This document shows positions 13,621-24,560 of a stretch of 64,000 bases of DNA, in pieces. The stretch is from assembly GCF_018350175.1 (NCBI RefSeq), contig NC_058368.1, positions 182,716,001 through 182,780,000 of the forward strand. Reading direction: 5' to 3'. Source of the stretch: Felis catus (taxonomy: Eukaryota). Every line of letters starts with the position of its first letter. Position 1 is the first letter of the stretch. A program made the translations under genes and the position numbers. A model generated the notes under the pieces. It ran no database searches, was not told the DNA's origin, and saw only the letters and a list, made by a program, of their open reading frames with translations.

Positions 13621-14074
13621 AACTGTGTGGAGTGGAAAACAATGCTAATGACTCTGCAAGACCAATTAGGTGTAAATACAAAGGGAAACAATAAACTAGT
13701 ATTTGTTTGTTTGTGTTTTAGATTAGGGGAATAGAGAGCTTATTCTGCAAGTATACAATTCTGACTCTGATATTATAATGGGATAGAGGAAACATATTTG
13801 TGCATGGTGAAGACAAACCTGGGGCCCTCATAAAAGTTTTGTTTTTTTTGGTCATGTCATGTTACATACCAAGCTTCTGTAACTGTAAATCTTGTGCGTG
13901 ACTGGATTCTTAAGTCTCCTCTTCTAGGAAAGATCCAGGATTTGTGCTCAATCCATTTAAATGTAGGGTTTACAAAAGTTAACTGCTTAATATAATACAT
14001 TCTAGGTCAGATGATGACCATTTTCAAAAATTTCCACTTAATTCGTTTCACTGATATGTAACATAAACAAATAC

Positions 14075-14156
<82 letters not shown>
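14075..14156. repeat. (CTTT)n microsatellite, about 20 units
   Basis: Direct reading. Confidence 0.98.
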
Positions 14157-15189
14157 CTTTATGAAAAAAGAAAGCTTCATTGTTGCAGAACATTACTATT
14201 GTTATGGCTACCTGAGTCAGATTCCATTTGAGAGTAACTGCTGGCTGTGAGTCCAAGCAAAATAAAATACCTTGACCCTTTGTCTGGGAGTTCAGTTGGA
14301 AATGTTTTAATTTGCTGAAAAAAAGATGTATAATTATAAATACCAAACTAAGCACAAGTCATTTCTTCTTTGGATCCTACCAGAAGGAAATCTACTGAAG
14401 TAAACCAAAAATATTTTGGAAAAAAAAAATCAACATGTTTCTTCTAAAATGAGAGCTGAGAGATAAAAAATAAATGTTCTTTAGATTAAATCTTTAAGCT
14501 TTAGCCTTATTTTTTTTATTATTATTTTATATCCACTTTATGAAGACCCTGTAGGAGTCTAAAGCCTGAATCAGCTTTTATGAAACAGAATGTATCAAAC
14601 TGAGATGCTCTCAGTGGGCAGATCATTTGAAGCTGGTGCTGCCAGAGGAGACACTGGTCTTTTTAGAAACGTTTGCATTTTAGAAAACTCTGTTTTCCCA
14701 CCTGACCACCAATAAATTGTGAAGTCTTCAAAACTTACATCTGACAGAGGAAAAGAAAAAGCCGTTGTGTATTTTTGAGGTCTTTCTTTTGTGTGTGGGG
14801 AGGGGAGAATGAAGAGTGTGTATGGGGGAAAAAACCACTATTTGTAAAGAAAGATTTCCTGTTCTCAACCTAAATGTATAACAAATTCTCAAGAAGAATG
14901 ATGTCCTATTATGGACAAATGAAGGAATTTGCCCTACTGGGTTAATTTGCAAAACATATTGGTTTAAATGGATTATGCTCTGCCCAGTGCCATAGTTTAA
15001 ATAACTATTTTAACAACAACAAAATAGGAGAAAATCAACAAGCACGGGCTACGAAGTCCCTGGACTGTGTTTTGTCACTTCAGGTGTGCATAAGGCAGTG
15101 GGCTGAAGCTATTAGTAGCAAACACCTTCCCGTTCATTGTTCAATGAGTGCTAACACTGTTCTAATGTGCCTTAAATGTGTCGAATGCT

Positions 15190-15330
15190 CATCATGACCT
15201 TTGAGGCCATTGTTTCTAATATCCCCACTTTACTGTTCAGAGAACAGAGGCACACAGAAGTTAAGGAAACAGCCCAAGTTTGCAATTAGCCAGTGGTAGA
15301 GTGTGAATTCAGAGTTCCTATCTTCTGAAT
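15190..15330 (-). mobile_element. MIR
   Basis: 'atccccactttactgttcagagaacagaggcacacagaagttaaggaaacagcccaag' MIR core. Confidence 0.7.
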
Positions 15331-16239
15331 TTGAGCACACCCTGAAAAACCCTCTGTGCTGTTTCTGCAACATCTACTGATGTGTTTATTCTTCTTACTG
15401 GGGCTTGCTCCTTTAAAACCTCTTAATATCCAAAAGAAAAAAAAATCCAGGAACCTTTTAAACCTCAAATTTAAATTTATTCCAGAATTTCTGCCAGTTA
15501 TACTGTTTGGTACACCCATAGTTGTATAACTAAAAGGGCTCAATATCAACATCCAAAAGTTGAGTTTTTTACTTCTCAGCTATAGCGTAAGAATGGTTAA
15601 CCTGTCCCTTGTTTTGCAACTTTGGATATGAGAGGGCATTTACATGTTATTTAGTATCTACAGTATCATTCATTATGGTACGTGTAATTCATTTAGTACC
15701 ACAATGTTAACTTTGCTTTGAGCTCTTGCTTGGTAGTGTGATCAAAACAGTATCAAGATGGCGGGGAGGGGGAGGAAGCAAAAGAATGCCAGGCTCCTTA
15801 AACCTCACCCCCTGGTTGGCAGAAATGTGCTTTATTCACTCCTATGTCGATAAGAGTGCCTAAAACTATAACGGTTTTCTGTCTAACTTTTAAAAATAAT
15901 TAGTCCAGGGAGGATACTTAGCTACATGGTCGAATGTTGGCTGTGTTTTACAGCAGAGCATTTTACAGTTAAAGTATTATGATTGCATTAGTGTAGTTTG
16001 TGTCAAGTGACCTTGCTATTTTACATCTTGAGTAATACTAGTCGTTTGAGCCTCTTACAGATGAGCTAAATGCAATGCCCTAGAGTGTAGGAAATTGTTT
16101 GCTGTTTAAGAACTTCTATTTGCAATGTATGTTCTCTCTCCATTTCCTTTGCTGCTTTTTTTCCCCTACCCCTGAAACTTTCTTTAACATCCTATTGCCA
16201 GCCCCAACCCAACTTGTTAAAAAGGCTTTAAAGAGCAAA

Positions 16240-16355
16240 TCTAACCATGAGAGGTATACATCTGCCACTTAATAACAATATGATATTGGGCAAGTTCCTT
16301 AACCTCTTGAAGCCTCAGTTTTCCTTTCTGTACAGTATGGATAATGACATATTTC
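16240..16355 (+). mobile_element. MIR
   Basis: 'ttgggcaagttccttaacctcttgaagcctcagttttcctttctgtacagtatggataat'. Confidence 0.8.
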
Positions 16356-16534
16356 CTCAATTCTAAATTATATTTTATGTTTTCCCTGACATTTTAACAT
16401 TAGTGAAAGTGTAATCCATCTTACAACTACTGGATATTTATTGTAAACATACTTTTTTTTTTTTGCTTCATACATCTATTTTATCATTACAACAAATTAA
16501 ATTGACAAGTGTCATAAAAAAATAAGTAATTTAA

Positions 16535-17100
16535 GGAGGTAGAGATGAAGTTGTGAGAGCTATTATTTTAGATAAGGTAATCTGGAAATGTCTCACTAAA
16601 CAGGTGACATTTCAGGAGAGCCCTGAAGAAAAAAGGAAAGAAATAAGAGATCTGGGGAAAGATCTCTGTCTAGATTAGAATTTTTCAACCTCACTGCTAT
16701 TGATGATGGGGATGGAAAATCCTTGTTGTAAGGGACTATTCCAGGCATTTTAAGACGTTTGACAGTAATCCTGGCCTCTCCCCACTAATGCCAATAGCAT
16801 TCTCCCTTGTTGTGACAGCCAAAAATATCTGCAAATATTGCCAAAGTGGCAAAAATACCCCAGTTGAAAAGCACAGGTCTAGATAGAGGAAAGAGTAAAC
16901 AAAAGCCCTTGGGGGCGATAATGAGCTTGGTTTGTTCAAGAAAGGAGGCAAAGGAGGAGAGAGTAAGAACACGAAGTGGAAAGAGAATAGATGTAGGTAG
17001 AGCCACACTGGTGCCTAAAGTTTTTGTGGGCCACAATGTAGAGTTTGGATTTTATTCTGATTCAAGGGAGAATGCTGGTTTTGAGCAGAGACTATGATTT
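16535..17100 (-). mobile_element. L2 remnant interrupted by MER20
   Basis: 'aggtgacatttcaggagagccctgaag...gagtttggattttattctg...ggttttgagcagaga' reverse L2 motifs on both sides of the MER20. Confidence 0.8.
16676..16876. mobile_element. MER20-like hAT-Charlie DNA transposon
   Basis: Degenerate TIRs (tagaatttttcaac / gttgaaaagcacag), MER20-like body, perfect 8-bp TSD gtctagat at 16668-16675 and 16877-16884. Confidence 0.9.
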
Positions 17101-17448
17101 CATTTAATTTCCCCTCCATCCTTCATCCTGTTCCTTCATCCTTCTCCCTTCCTTCTTCCCTTCTCACTCGTTTCTATCAATCTCTCTGGCCATCATCATC
17201 GAACTAATCACTCAGCTGTTCCCTAAATTAATCATTCAGTATGCCAAAATTCCAAAGGGATAAATTTGCATAATAAAAAACCAGGAAGACAAGAAAATAA
17301 CTTAGATTTCTGGAGCTGTATGATGACAGATACTTCATGAAGGTGATAGGGAGTGCGAGATAGCTCAGAGAAAGGTCTGGATGGGGATGGATGGATATGG
17401 TGGTGAGACTATTCTTTGGGAAAAGGGAAAGTTTTGAGCAATGTTCTG

Positions 17449-17478
17449 CTGCTGTTGTTGTTGTTGTTGTTGTTGTTT
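17449..17478. repeat. (CTG)n/(TTG)n microsatellite
   Basis: Direct reading. Confidence 0.85.
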
Positions 17479-17890
17479 ATGAGGGGGAGATTGAGGGAAA
17501 GAGTGAGTACTGGTTCTTTGTGATATGCACTATAAGCCTTTGAGGTGCCCTTTTAAGAAAACATACAGCAATGATCTATATCATTTCCTGTTTTGTATTT
17601 AGATTTTGTTTCTTTTTTTGTTTACAAAGAAGCAGACAGATATTGAGGTAGTTTACCTATACTGGGGAACTTTATCTATCTCATCCATTACTTTTCTTGA
17701 TATCAACAGCACTGCAAAGAGAACCTTGTGGCTTTTAGCAAGTGAGATATGATGCTACACTTTAGTTATAACAAAAAATACATTTTACTTTGTAATATAA
17801 TGACTCCAACCTATTTTTTATGTTTGAATATATCATTTAACTTCCAATTAAATTATTTTTACCTTTATATCAAACTTTTCAATTGGAAAC

Positions 17891-18069
17891 TATTGGTTCT
17901 CAAATTTGGCTACACAATGGAATAGCCTGAAAACTTGAATAAATCATCAGTGGCTGGAGCTCTGACCTCAGAGAATTTAATGTAATCGGTGTGTGCTGTG
18001 GCCTGACCATCATATTTTTTTTAAGCTCTTCACATTACTGTAATGTACCACCTAGATTAAGAATCCCTG
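17891..18069. mobile_element. MER5-like hAT-Charlie DNA transposon
   Basis: 'tattggttctcaaatttggctacacaatggaat...gattaagaatccctg' MER5 termini and length. Confidence 0.75.
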
Positions 18070-18799
18070 GATTAATCATGGCAGGACAGGGTCTAGAATA
18101 TTATAATATTATGCTGACGTCTTGTTTCTGTTTTTCCACATCGTCTTCATTAAATGAGAAAATCATACAAAAACACATCATAAATCATAAGGAAACACAT
18201 AAGTGTTAATTTTTCTTCCTTATCTAATATTTTCAATAATGCACTGAACACAAAAATGCTTTTAGTTTTGGTAACATTTTTAAATGAGTCTACCTTTAAT
18301 GACTACGCCACACCACCAAGCGAAATTTTATCTATACGTGGGAAAAATTTATTTCACATGGAAAATTTCATTCAGAGGGGCAAGGTAATGTTGACGTCCT
18401 ATAAGCCTTTAAATAGTTTCCACACTAGAACACTGCAGAATAAGGTGCTTACTGGTGTTGGCTGTTACAGTAATGGCACTGGAACGTGCCATTTTATTAG
18501 AACGATTATTGTAATATGGCTATTAATAACTCTTAAAACCTGACGTTTACAATAATATGATGAATAACATTAAAGTGATTTAGAATGGCTGGTTATTTGG
18601 AACTCTATATGGATTTCACAGGAGTAGTACCAAATTCACTAATGCAGCCAGCTAGCATTGGGATTCACAGCAGCAACTGCATGTGAACTAGCCATTTGTT
18701 TCCTGGCCCATATGAGTTAGGTGTAATTCATACTAGAGTAATGACTTTCTTCACTTTATATGCTTTTCCAAGTCTCTGTTCTTGCTAAAGGACAAAATA

Positions 18800-19030
18800 T
18801 TTCTAGAAAGCTATCCAATATATATTAGCAAATATGAAAAAAGAGCAGTGGTTGAACACATATGATATCCCACTTTAATGAATATCTAGAGAGAGATGTT
18901 GCTACATAAAATAATAACAGTGATTACCTCTGGATTTGTGGGATTATGGTGAAATCAAGTTTATTATTTTTACTTGATTATGTAATTTTTATAAACAAGA
19001 TATAATGCAACTATAAAAATAAATATAAAA
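18800..19030 (+). mobile_element. L1ME-like 3' end
   Basis: 'taacagtgattacctctggatttgtgggattatggtga' followed by an A-rich end. Confidence 0.6.
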
Positions 19031-19925
19031 TCCAAATACCATAAGCTCACAGATAATGTGTTATTTTTCAAGCATAATGTACCATTCCATTCTGACAAAA
19101 TGTAAAACTCAAACATAGAAAACAAAACAAAAAACCAAAAAAAAACCTAATTCACACATTCTTAATTTAATGTTTTAAGGACGTGTTCAGCTATTGGTGC
19201 TTCAGTTACAAGTGTTGGGTGAGATATTTTAAAATTAAAAATTAAAAAAAAAAGTCAGAGAATAAGGGGAAAGGGTCCTGTAGAAGTATCTATTTTTTAA
19301 AAATAGATTCCTAATATATCAGTGTTAAAGGAACTGTATTGCTGGGAATTACATATATTTACCTTTCACCCCAAGGAAATAACTACATCGTTAACCTGTA
19401 ATGCCATTTAACACATCACGTTTCTTTTCACTTGGTTTTTAGAAATATATTTTAATGTAACTTCATGTCATCTTTTAGCCTTCACTATTTCTTTAATGTA
19501 TCCTCAAAAAATGTAAGATGACGGCCACGAAAGCTTTTACAAAAATGACCCATGCTTTTGAGCTCTCCAATTTGGTCATAATTTTGGCAACAAAAGGAAA
19601 TAAAAAATGCCCATCTATAATAACATTATTATTAATGTCATAGAATCTCTATTCCAGTTCTTCTCTTGGTCATGAATCTAGTTAATAACTTATTTGTATT
19701 TCTATCATTACCTTTCCTCATCACTTCTACCAATTTTGATATATATTCATTCCAAATCTCTGCTTCATATATTCATTCACTTTTTGTTCATCTTTATTGA
19801 GTACTTGTTCGTATTAATATCCTACATTTTGTTTCTGTATAGCATTTGTTTCTATCTTATAAGTGATATTTATCATGTATCGGAATAATTTTCAATATGG
19901 GCCATATATAAAAGAATCATCTTGA

Positions 19926-20134
19926 TTTTTTAAAAATGTTTTTATTTTCTTTTTGAGAGACAGACAGACTGCAAGTAGCGGGTGGGAGGGGCAGAGAGAG
20001 AAGGAGACACAGAATATGAAGCAGGCTCCAGGCTCTGAGCTGTCAGCACAGAGCTCGATGCGGGGCTTGAACCCACGAATTGTGAGATCATGACCTGAAG
20101 TCAGACACAACTGACTGAGCCACCCGGGCACCCC
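19926..20134 (-). mobile_element. Can-SINE
   Basis: SINEC body; TSD aagaatcatcttgatttt / aagaatcactttgatttt starting at 19912 and 20135. Confidence 0.96.
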
Positions 20135-21664
20135 AAGAATCACTTTGATTTTGATACCAGTGGTCAGAGGAACACACTTTAAGGGACATTTACATATTTC
20201 CTTATAAAGCTAATTATAATTTTATGAGAAATTTTCTTGGCTCAACCAAACTGTCATTTTTATTATGACAAGAATTGTATCTTAGAAATCTTAGCTTCTT
20301 TTTAGTGCCTTTTCAACATCGTTCACCCACTGTAGGTGTTCAATAAATATTTGATTCACTGGTAAATTATCCACTTTGTAAAGACATATCAAGAGAATAA
20401 AGTTTCTTATTATCTATCAAGAGAATGTGAGTGGGAGAGGCCTCCCCTGGAGAAAAGCATTATGAGTCTTGTGAGAAAACAGGAAGAACACAGGCCCTGG
20501 GAGGCAGACCACATTCCAGTTACAAGGTACTAGACAGCACCCAAATCTGTAGTGCCTTAATGTGTGCACCAGATACTACCACCTGACCTGACTCAGTTCA
20601 GGAGTCTGAGCTTGAGGATAGTCTCAAGTTCCTTCCTATTCCTGGATATCAGACTCTACAGATTCCTTTTGGTAATAGGAATGCATCAGACTCCTTATGT
20701 GCAATTGGCAATTGTGCTTAATCTTTATCCTGCCCGTATGTAGTAGCGGAATATTTTCTCCCTGAAATAGGCAGTGTACCAAAAAAGCAGTCTAATAAAT
20801 CTGTAGGCAAGATGCCATTGAACTAAAGATAAAGAATTCTTTAATGATCTTAATCAAGAGAGCTTATCTGTGATGCTCACTGAACTTTAATGTAAAACCC
20901 ATAATTGAAAGCTGAGGATATGATGAGTGGGGAATGTTCCCATCCTGATTAAGCTTGAAGCCCATATGGCCAGTATGACAGCTTGCTAGATTTCATTTTG
21001 AACTTGTACCTCAATAGATAATTTGACCTGGTCTAGGACAAGGCCGAAAAAAAAATGGCATAGAAATATACTCTAGATATTTGTGATACTTTATAGCAAG
21101 TGTTGATTATTTTATTATAAATTATATGAATTAATTTAAGGTGCATTGTATGCACCTGCACTGGGAATAATGTATATGTAGGATCTCTTACTTTGAAAAA
21201 CAAAGCCTTCTTGGGTATCAAATGTGTTATGTACTTAACACAACTGTGGCTCAATGAGATTAAGTATATTTTGCAAATTCCTGTAGCTTTCTGTGGAACG
21301 GCTTGAAATCAACCCCTGGTTCCAATGATTATCTATTTACCCATGACTTAATGGCTCCATGGCTTTTTTCTCTGAATTTGTTGAGTCATTATAGTAAAAT
21401 AAATAATTTCTCTTGTTTAATGTTGTATAAATTGAAATGAAGCAACTATTTTATTTGATATATAATGTTAATTCATTACAGATTTGCAGCACTTTGTTCA
21501 CAATTAATTTTTTATATTCTATCTTATTTGATCATCATAACAATATGGAATATATGGAGTTAGAGATTTTATTTGAAAATATAGGAAAATTCAGGCTTTG
21601 AGAACCCATGGCATTGGCTTACAGTCCTAGAGCTAGTAAGTAGTGTAAGTAGTAGGGCATTATT

Positions 21665-22218
21665 GCCCTAGGTTTCTATCATGTAACAAATTACCATAAA
21701 TGTAATAGCTTAAAACAGCATCTATTTATTAGCTTACAATTCTGGAGCTCACGAGTCTGGGTACAAAGCAACTGGGTTTAGAGTCTGAGAAGGCTAAATC
21801 AAGGTGTTAGTGGGGCTGCATTCCTCTCTGTAGGCTCTGGAGAGGAACATGCTTCAGTTACTTGAGCTTGTAGAACTCAGGTCCCATTCCCTTGCTGGTT
21901 GTCATCCTATAACCTCTTCCAGCTCTTAGAAACCACCTACATTTCTTGCCATCTGACCCTCTCTGTCTTCAAGCCAGCAATTGAGAACATTTCTCATTAA
22001 ATCCTCCTTGCACTTCTAATCTCTCCCTCTATCTCTAGACCCACATTTTAAGGGGTTATGTGATTAGGTCGGGCTGTCTTGGATAATTTTCTGGTCTTAA
22101 AATCAACTGTGCTCTGTGATATAATTTAATTATGGGAGTAAAATAGATCATACTCACTGTCCCTGGGATTATTTATGGGGTTGGGGATGAGAGAGGGCCA
22201 TTTTAGAATTCCATCTGT
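21665..22218 (-). mobile_element. MaLR LTR (MLT1 family)
   Basis: 'tgtaacaaattaccataaa...agcttaaaacagcatctatttattagcttacaattctggag...ggccattttagaattc' MLT1 motifs. Confidence 0.85.
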
Positions 22219-22289
22219 AATAACTACTAACACCCAGGGATCTTGTCCGTAAAACAAGCATTACAGCTGTCATTTACTAACCTCATGAT

Positions 22290-22990
22290 AGATTTATACT
22301 TCTATAGGCTATTACCATTAGGCTTGGTCATGTCACTAATTTTGACCAAGGAACCATAACATGAAGTAACTTATTGCTTCTTGATAACAGAAGCTTTGAA
22401 AGCCCCCATGCGTTTTCTGTATTTCTTTTCCTCCTATCACAAGGCCAGTATAACCCAGCTAACGAGCTGCTTTTTCAGCATGGGTCTGGCAATAAACAGG
22501 ACTCGTGGAGAAGAACCATAGCAGATGTGCAGCATATATCATGGGCAAGAAATCAACCATCCTGGTTGTAGGCAACTGATAATTTGGAGGTTTTTGCCAC
22601 TTCAGCATAACCTTGCTTGGTTAAGCGTCCGGCTTCAGCCAGGTCACGATCTCGCGGTCCGTGAGTTCAAGCCCCGCGTCGGGCTCTGGGCTGATGGCTC
22701 AGAGCCTGGAGCCTGTTTCCGATTCTGTGTCTCCCTCTCTCTGCCCCTCCCCCGTTCATGCTCTGTCTCTCTCTGTCCCAAAAATAAATAAACGTTGAAA
22801 AAAAATTAAAAAAAATAAATAACTGATACAAAAATTGGAATCAAAAAGTAAGATTGTTATAAATAACAAAGAAAGATATAAATAAAATAAAATTTGGTAT
22901 GGGCTTTACAGCCAGATGGTAGGTGGCAATGAAACTCGGTAAATATTATAGGGTGGAAAAATAGTGACTGATGTTATCTAATTGTAAAAC
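22290..22990 (+). mobile_element. MLT1 LTR plus start of MLT1-int, interrupted by a SINE
   Basis: LTR end 'cagcataacc...aactgataca' (ends 22830) split by the SINE; then 'aaaattggaatcaaaaagt' resembling the MLT-int start. Confidence 0.7.
22617..22820 (+). mobile_element. Young 5'-truncated SINEC_Fc-type SINE
   Basis: CpG-intact body 'ccaggtcacgatctcgcggtccgtgag'; lacks the first about 20 nt; no TSD visible. Confidence 0.96.
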
Positions 22991-23096
22991 CAAAAGAAAA
23001 TTGAATGATATGGATAAATCACATACATATTTTTGAGCCTCACTTTTTACATCTATAGCATCGGATACTACCTCTATTCTAAATTCACAGTTATGA

Positions 23097-23308
23097 TTTT
23101 TTAATTTTTTATTATTTTTTACTGTTTATTTTTAAGAGAGAGCACAAGCAGGGGAGAGGCAGAGAGAGAGGGAGATAGAGAATCTGAAGCAGGCTCCATG
23201 CTCTGAACTGTCAGCACAAAGTCCTATGCGGGGCTCGAACTCACAAACCTTGAGATCGTGACCTGAGCCAAAGTCAGACACTTAACTGACTGAGGCACCC
23301 AGCCCCCC
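23097..23308 (-). mobile_element. Can-SINE
   Basis: SINEC body; shared flank agttatga at 23089-23096 and 23312-23319. Confidence 0.95.
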
Positions 23309-24029
23309 TAGAGTTATGACCTTTTTTAAATGTGCAAAATAGAGCTCTACTTTTTTAGTTCCTGAAGTATGTTTCTCTGATTACAAGCAGGAAAACAAAA
23401 CAAAACAAACAAACAAACAAAAAAAAAACAAAACAAAATAAAAACACTCTATTTCCCCAAACCATTGTCACTTTATGAACAGTAATCATAATAATACCTT
23501 ATGATTCTTGAGCTCTCATTATATAATAGAAACTTTGCTAAACAATTGAGCATGCCTTCTCATATTGGATCTTCACAACTATCTTGCAAAGAAATAGATA
23601 AAGGAAAAGAAACGTGAATCGCTTCTTCATGCCCACAGATCTAGTCTGGAATTTAGCTCATAAGCTTTTACTCCCAAGTCCAATGCATAATTCAGATTTT
23701 TAATTGACATTTTCCCATACTCCTCTCTCTAATGTGGTAGATTTGGAAATAAAGATTTCTCAAAGACAGCTTAAAAACTAAAAATGAAATAATTCTAATT
23801 TTTCAAATAAGATTCTGATTTAGAGGCATAAATGTGGTTTTTTGGGATAGGGTAACCCATAAGATCATAGGCTTTCTGAAAACAAACTCTTTTTTTCCTC
23901 TGTGGAACATAAACAACTCTCACATCTTTTCCTCATCCTATACATCTCATATTGAAGTTCTTCCTATTTTTCTCTGTCACAAATGTCTCCATTCTTTGCA
24001 TCACTTTTTGTTAAAATCTGAGGAATCCT

Positions 24030-24250
24030 GGGGCGCCTGCGTAGCTCAGTCGGTTAAGCGTCCGAATTCAGCTCAGGTCATGATCTCACAGTCTGTGAGT
24101 TCGAGCCCCGGGTCGGGCTCTGTGCTGACAGCTCAGAGCCTGGAGCCTGCTTTGGATTCTCTGTCTCCCTCTCTCTCTGCCCCTCCCCTTCTCATGCTCT
24201 GTCTCTCTCTGTCTCAAAATAAATAAAAAGCATTAAAGAAAATTTAAAAA
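24030..24250 (+). mobile_element. Can-SINE
   Basis: Full length from ggggcgcc; perfect 16-bp TSD aaaatctgaggaatcc at 24013-24028 and 24251-24266. Confidence 0.98.
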
Positions 24251-24369
24251 AAAATCTGAGGAATCCCTTGACATTCATTTCTAAAGCTGCCTCCTGCTAA
24301 ATTCTAAATCTCTCTCTCTTTCCTTTGAGTTCCCACAGCACTTGGAACTCTATTCTCACCTTGGGTCAA

Positions 24370-24560
24370 TAGAACAGAGTAAGGACTTTGGAGTCAGACT
24401 ATGGCCAGTCCCTCAAGATATTGAACTGTTTAGAGCCTCAGTTACTTGATCTGTGAAATGGAGGTAATATCATGTATCTTCCAGAATCGTTCTGACAGTC
24501 AAATAATACATCTAAAGCTTCTGGTGCAATTTCTGAAATTTCCTATTTAGCAACATTAGT
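24370..24560 (+). mobile_element. MIR
   Basis: 'ggactttggagtcagac...gagcctcagttacttgatctgtgaaatggaggtaata'. Confidence 0.75.

Noticed and set aside
18256..18543. 95-aa ORF in the CpG-retaining island
   Set aside because: No recognisable domain or convincing splice context; length within the chance range.
23834..24226. 130-aa ORF and similar ORFs at 5878, 19892, 22525, 39953, 47594, 61051, 61227
   Set aside because: All are SINE-derived reading frames.
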